Of a stretch of 64,000 nt of DNA, positions 63,331 through 64,000 are shown piece by piece; position 1 is the first letter of the stretch; each line of letters begins with the position of its first letter. The stretch comes from Lama glama. Taxonomy: Eukaryota. Location: assembly GCA_028534125.1 (NCBI GenBank), contig CM052821.1:2232001-2296000 (forward strand), written 5' to 3'. A program made the position numbers and the translations under genes. The notes under the pieces are model-generated. The model had not been told where the DNA came from and did not search any database. It worked only from the letters and a program-made list of their open reading frames with translations.

Positions 63331-64000
63331 AATAGTTAAGACGCACACACACACACAGACACACACACACACATACACGATTTTCTACCGGGTCTAAAAT
63401 TCTCAGCATTCAGACCTCGCTCTTTGGTTTTGAATAAAGGCCAGAGAATAGGGGAACTAATTCCAGGGTTGGGGACTAATTCCAGAAGATCACTGACCAC
63501 TGACTATTAAAATGTGTAAACGAGGTGGACAGTAATGAAACTTATTGTCCATAAACATATCACACCTTATCATCCAAATGAGTTCTGTCACTTCCAGGTA
63601 GTCACTCAAGAAGCTTTTAGCCTTGTTTTAATAATGAGGACACTGCTCAAAATGCTTTGAGAATCATCTTCAGAATCTATAGCACACACTGCAATGAATA
63701 TTCATTATCTGCAGGTGGATCTGATTTATGCAAATAGCCAAAAGAACTTAGGCTAAGACAAATGAGTAAATGGGGTGGGAAATCTGGATAGTAAATGTGT
63801 TCCAGAGTTTTTTTGGATTTTAGAAAGGTAATATGGTGCATTTACAATATGTAAGGCAACACTCTAGTGGGGTCTAGGACAGTCTAGGACAGCACCCTAT
63901 AATCCAACAAATTAATATTTCTGTAATGAGAGATAGGAATATTCACACTGGAATAAATGAAAGTGGGATAAATGAAATCATAAATAACCTCATGTAAGTT

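Overview
Mammalian genomic DNA, most likely camelid (a tRNA-derived SINE at ~7.3 kb matches my recollection of the camelid Vic-1 SINE). Four minus-strand genes lie in the order of human chr12q13.3. ZBTB39: 5' part; the CDS runs off the left edge. TAC3: complete 126-aa preprotachykinin B with intact neurokinin B. MYO1A: complete, 27 coding exons, 1043 aa. NEMP1/TMEM194A: 9 exons, with exon 3 mostly hidden by an N run. Exon boundaries were read by hand from GT-AG sites and frame continuity. The rest is old LINE, MIR, LTR and DNA-transposon sequence plus six N runs. The most unusual structure is an ungapped 111-bp inverted copy of the NEMP1 start codon and signal-peptide exon (104/111 identical, with a premature TAG). 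It lies 452 bp upstream, so the two copies bracket the NEMP1 promoter as an inverted repeat. Other notable items: a spliced 22-codon uORF ending 1 nt before the ZBTB39 ATG, an overlapping uORF at the NEMP1 start, a solo LTR nested in reverse orientation inside a related LTR, and palindromic homeodomain/POU-type sites around TAC3. Repeat family names and orthologue comparisons come from memory and need database confirmation.
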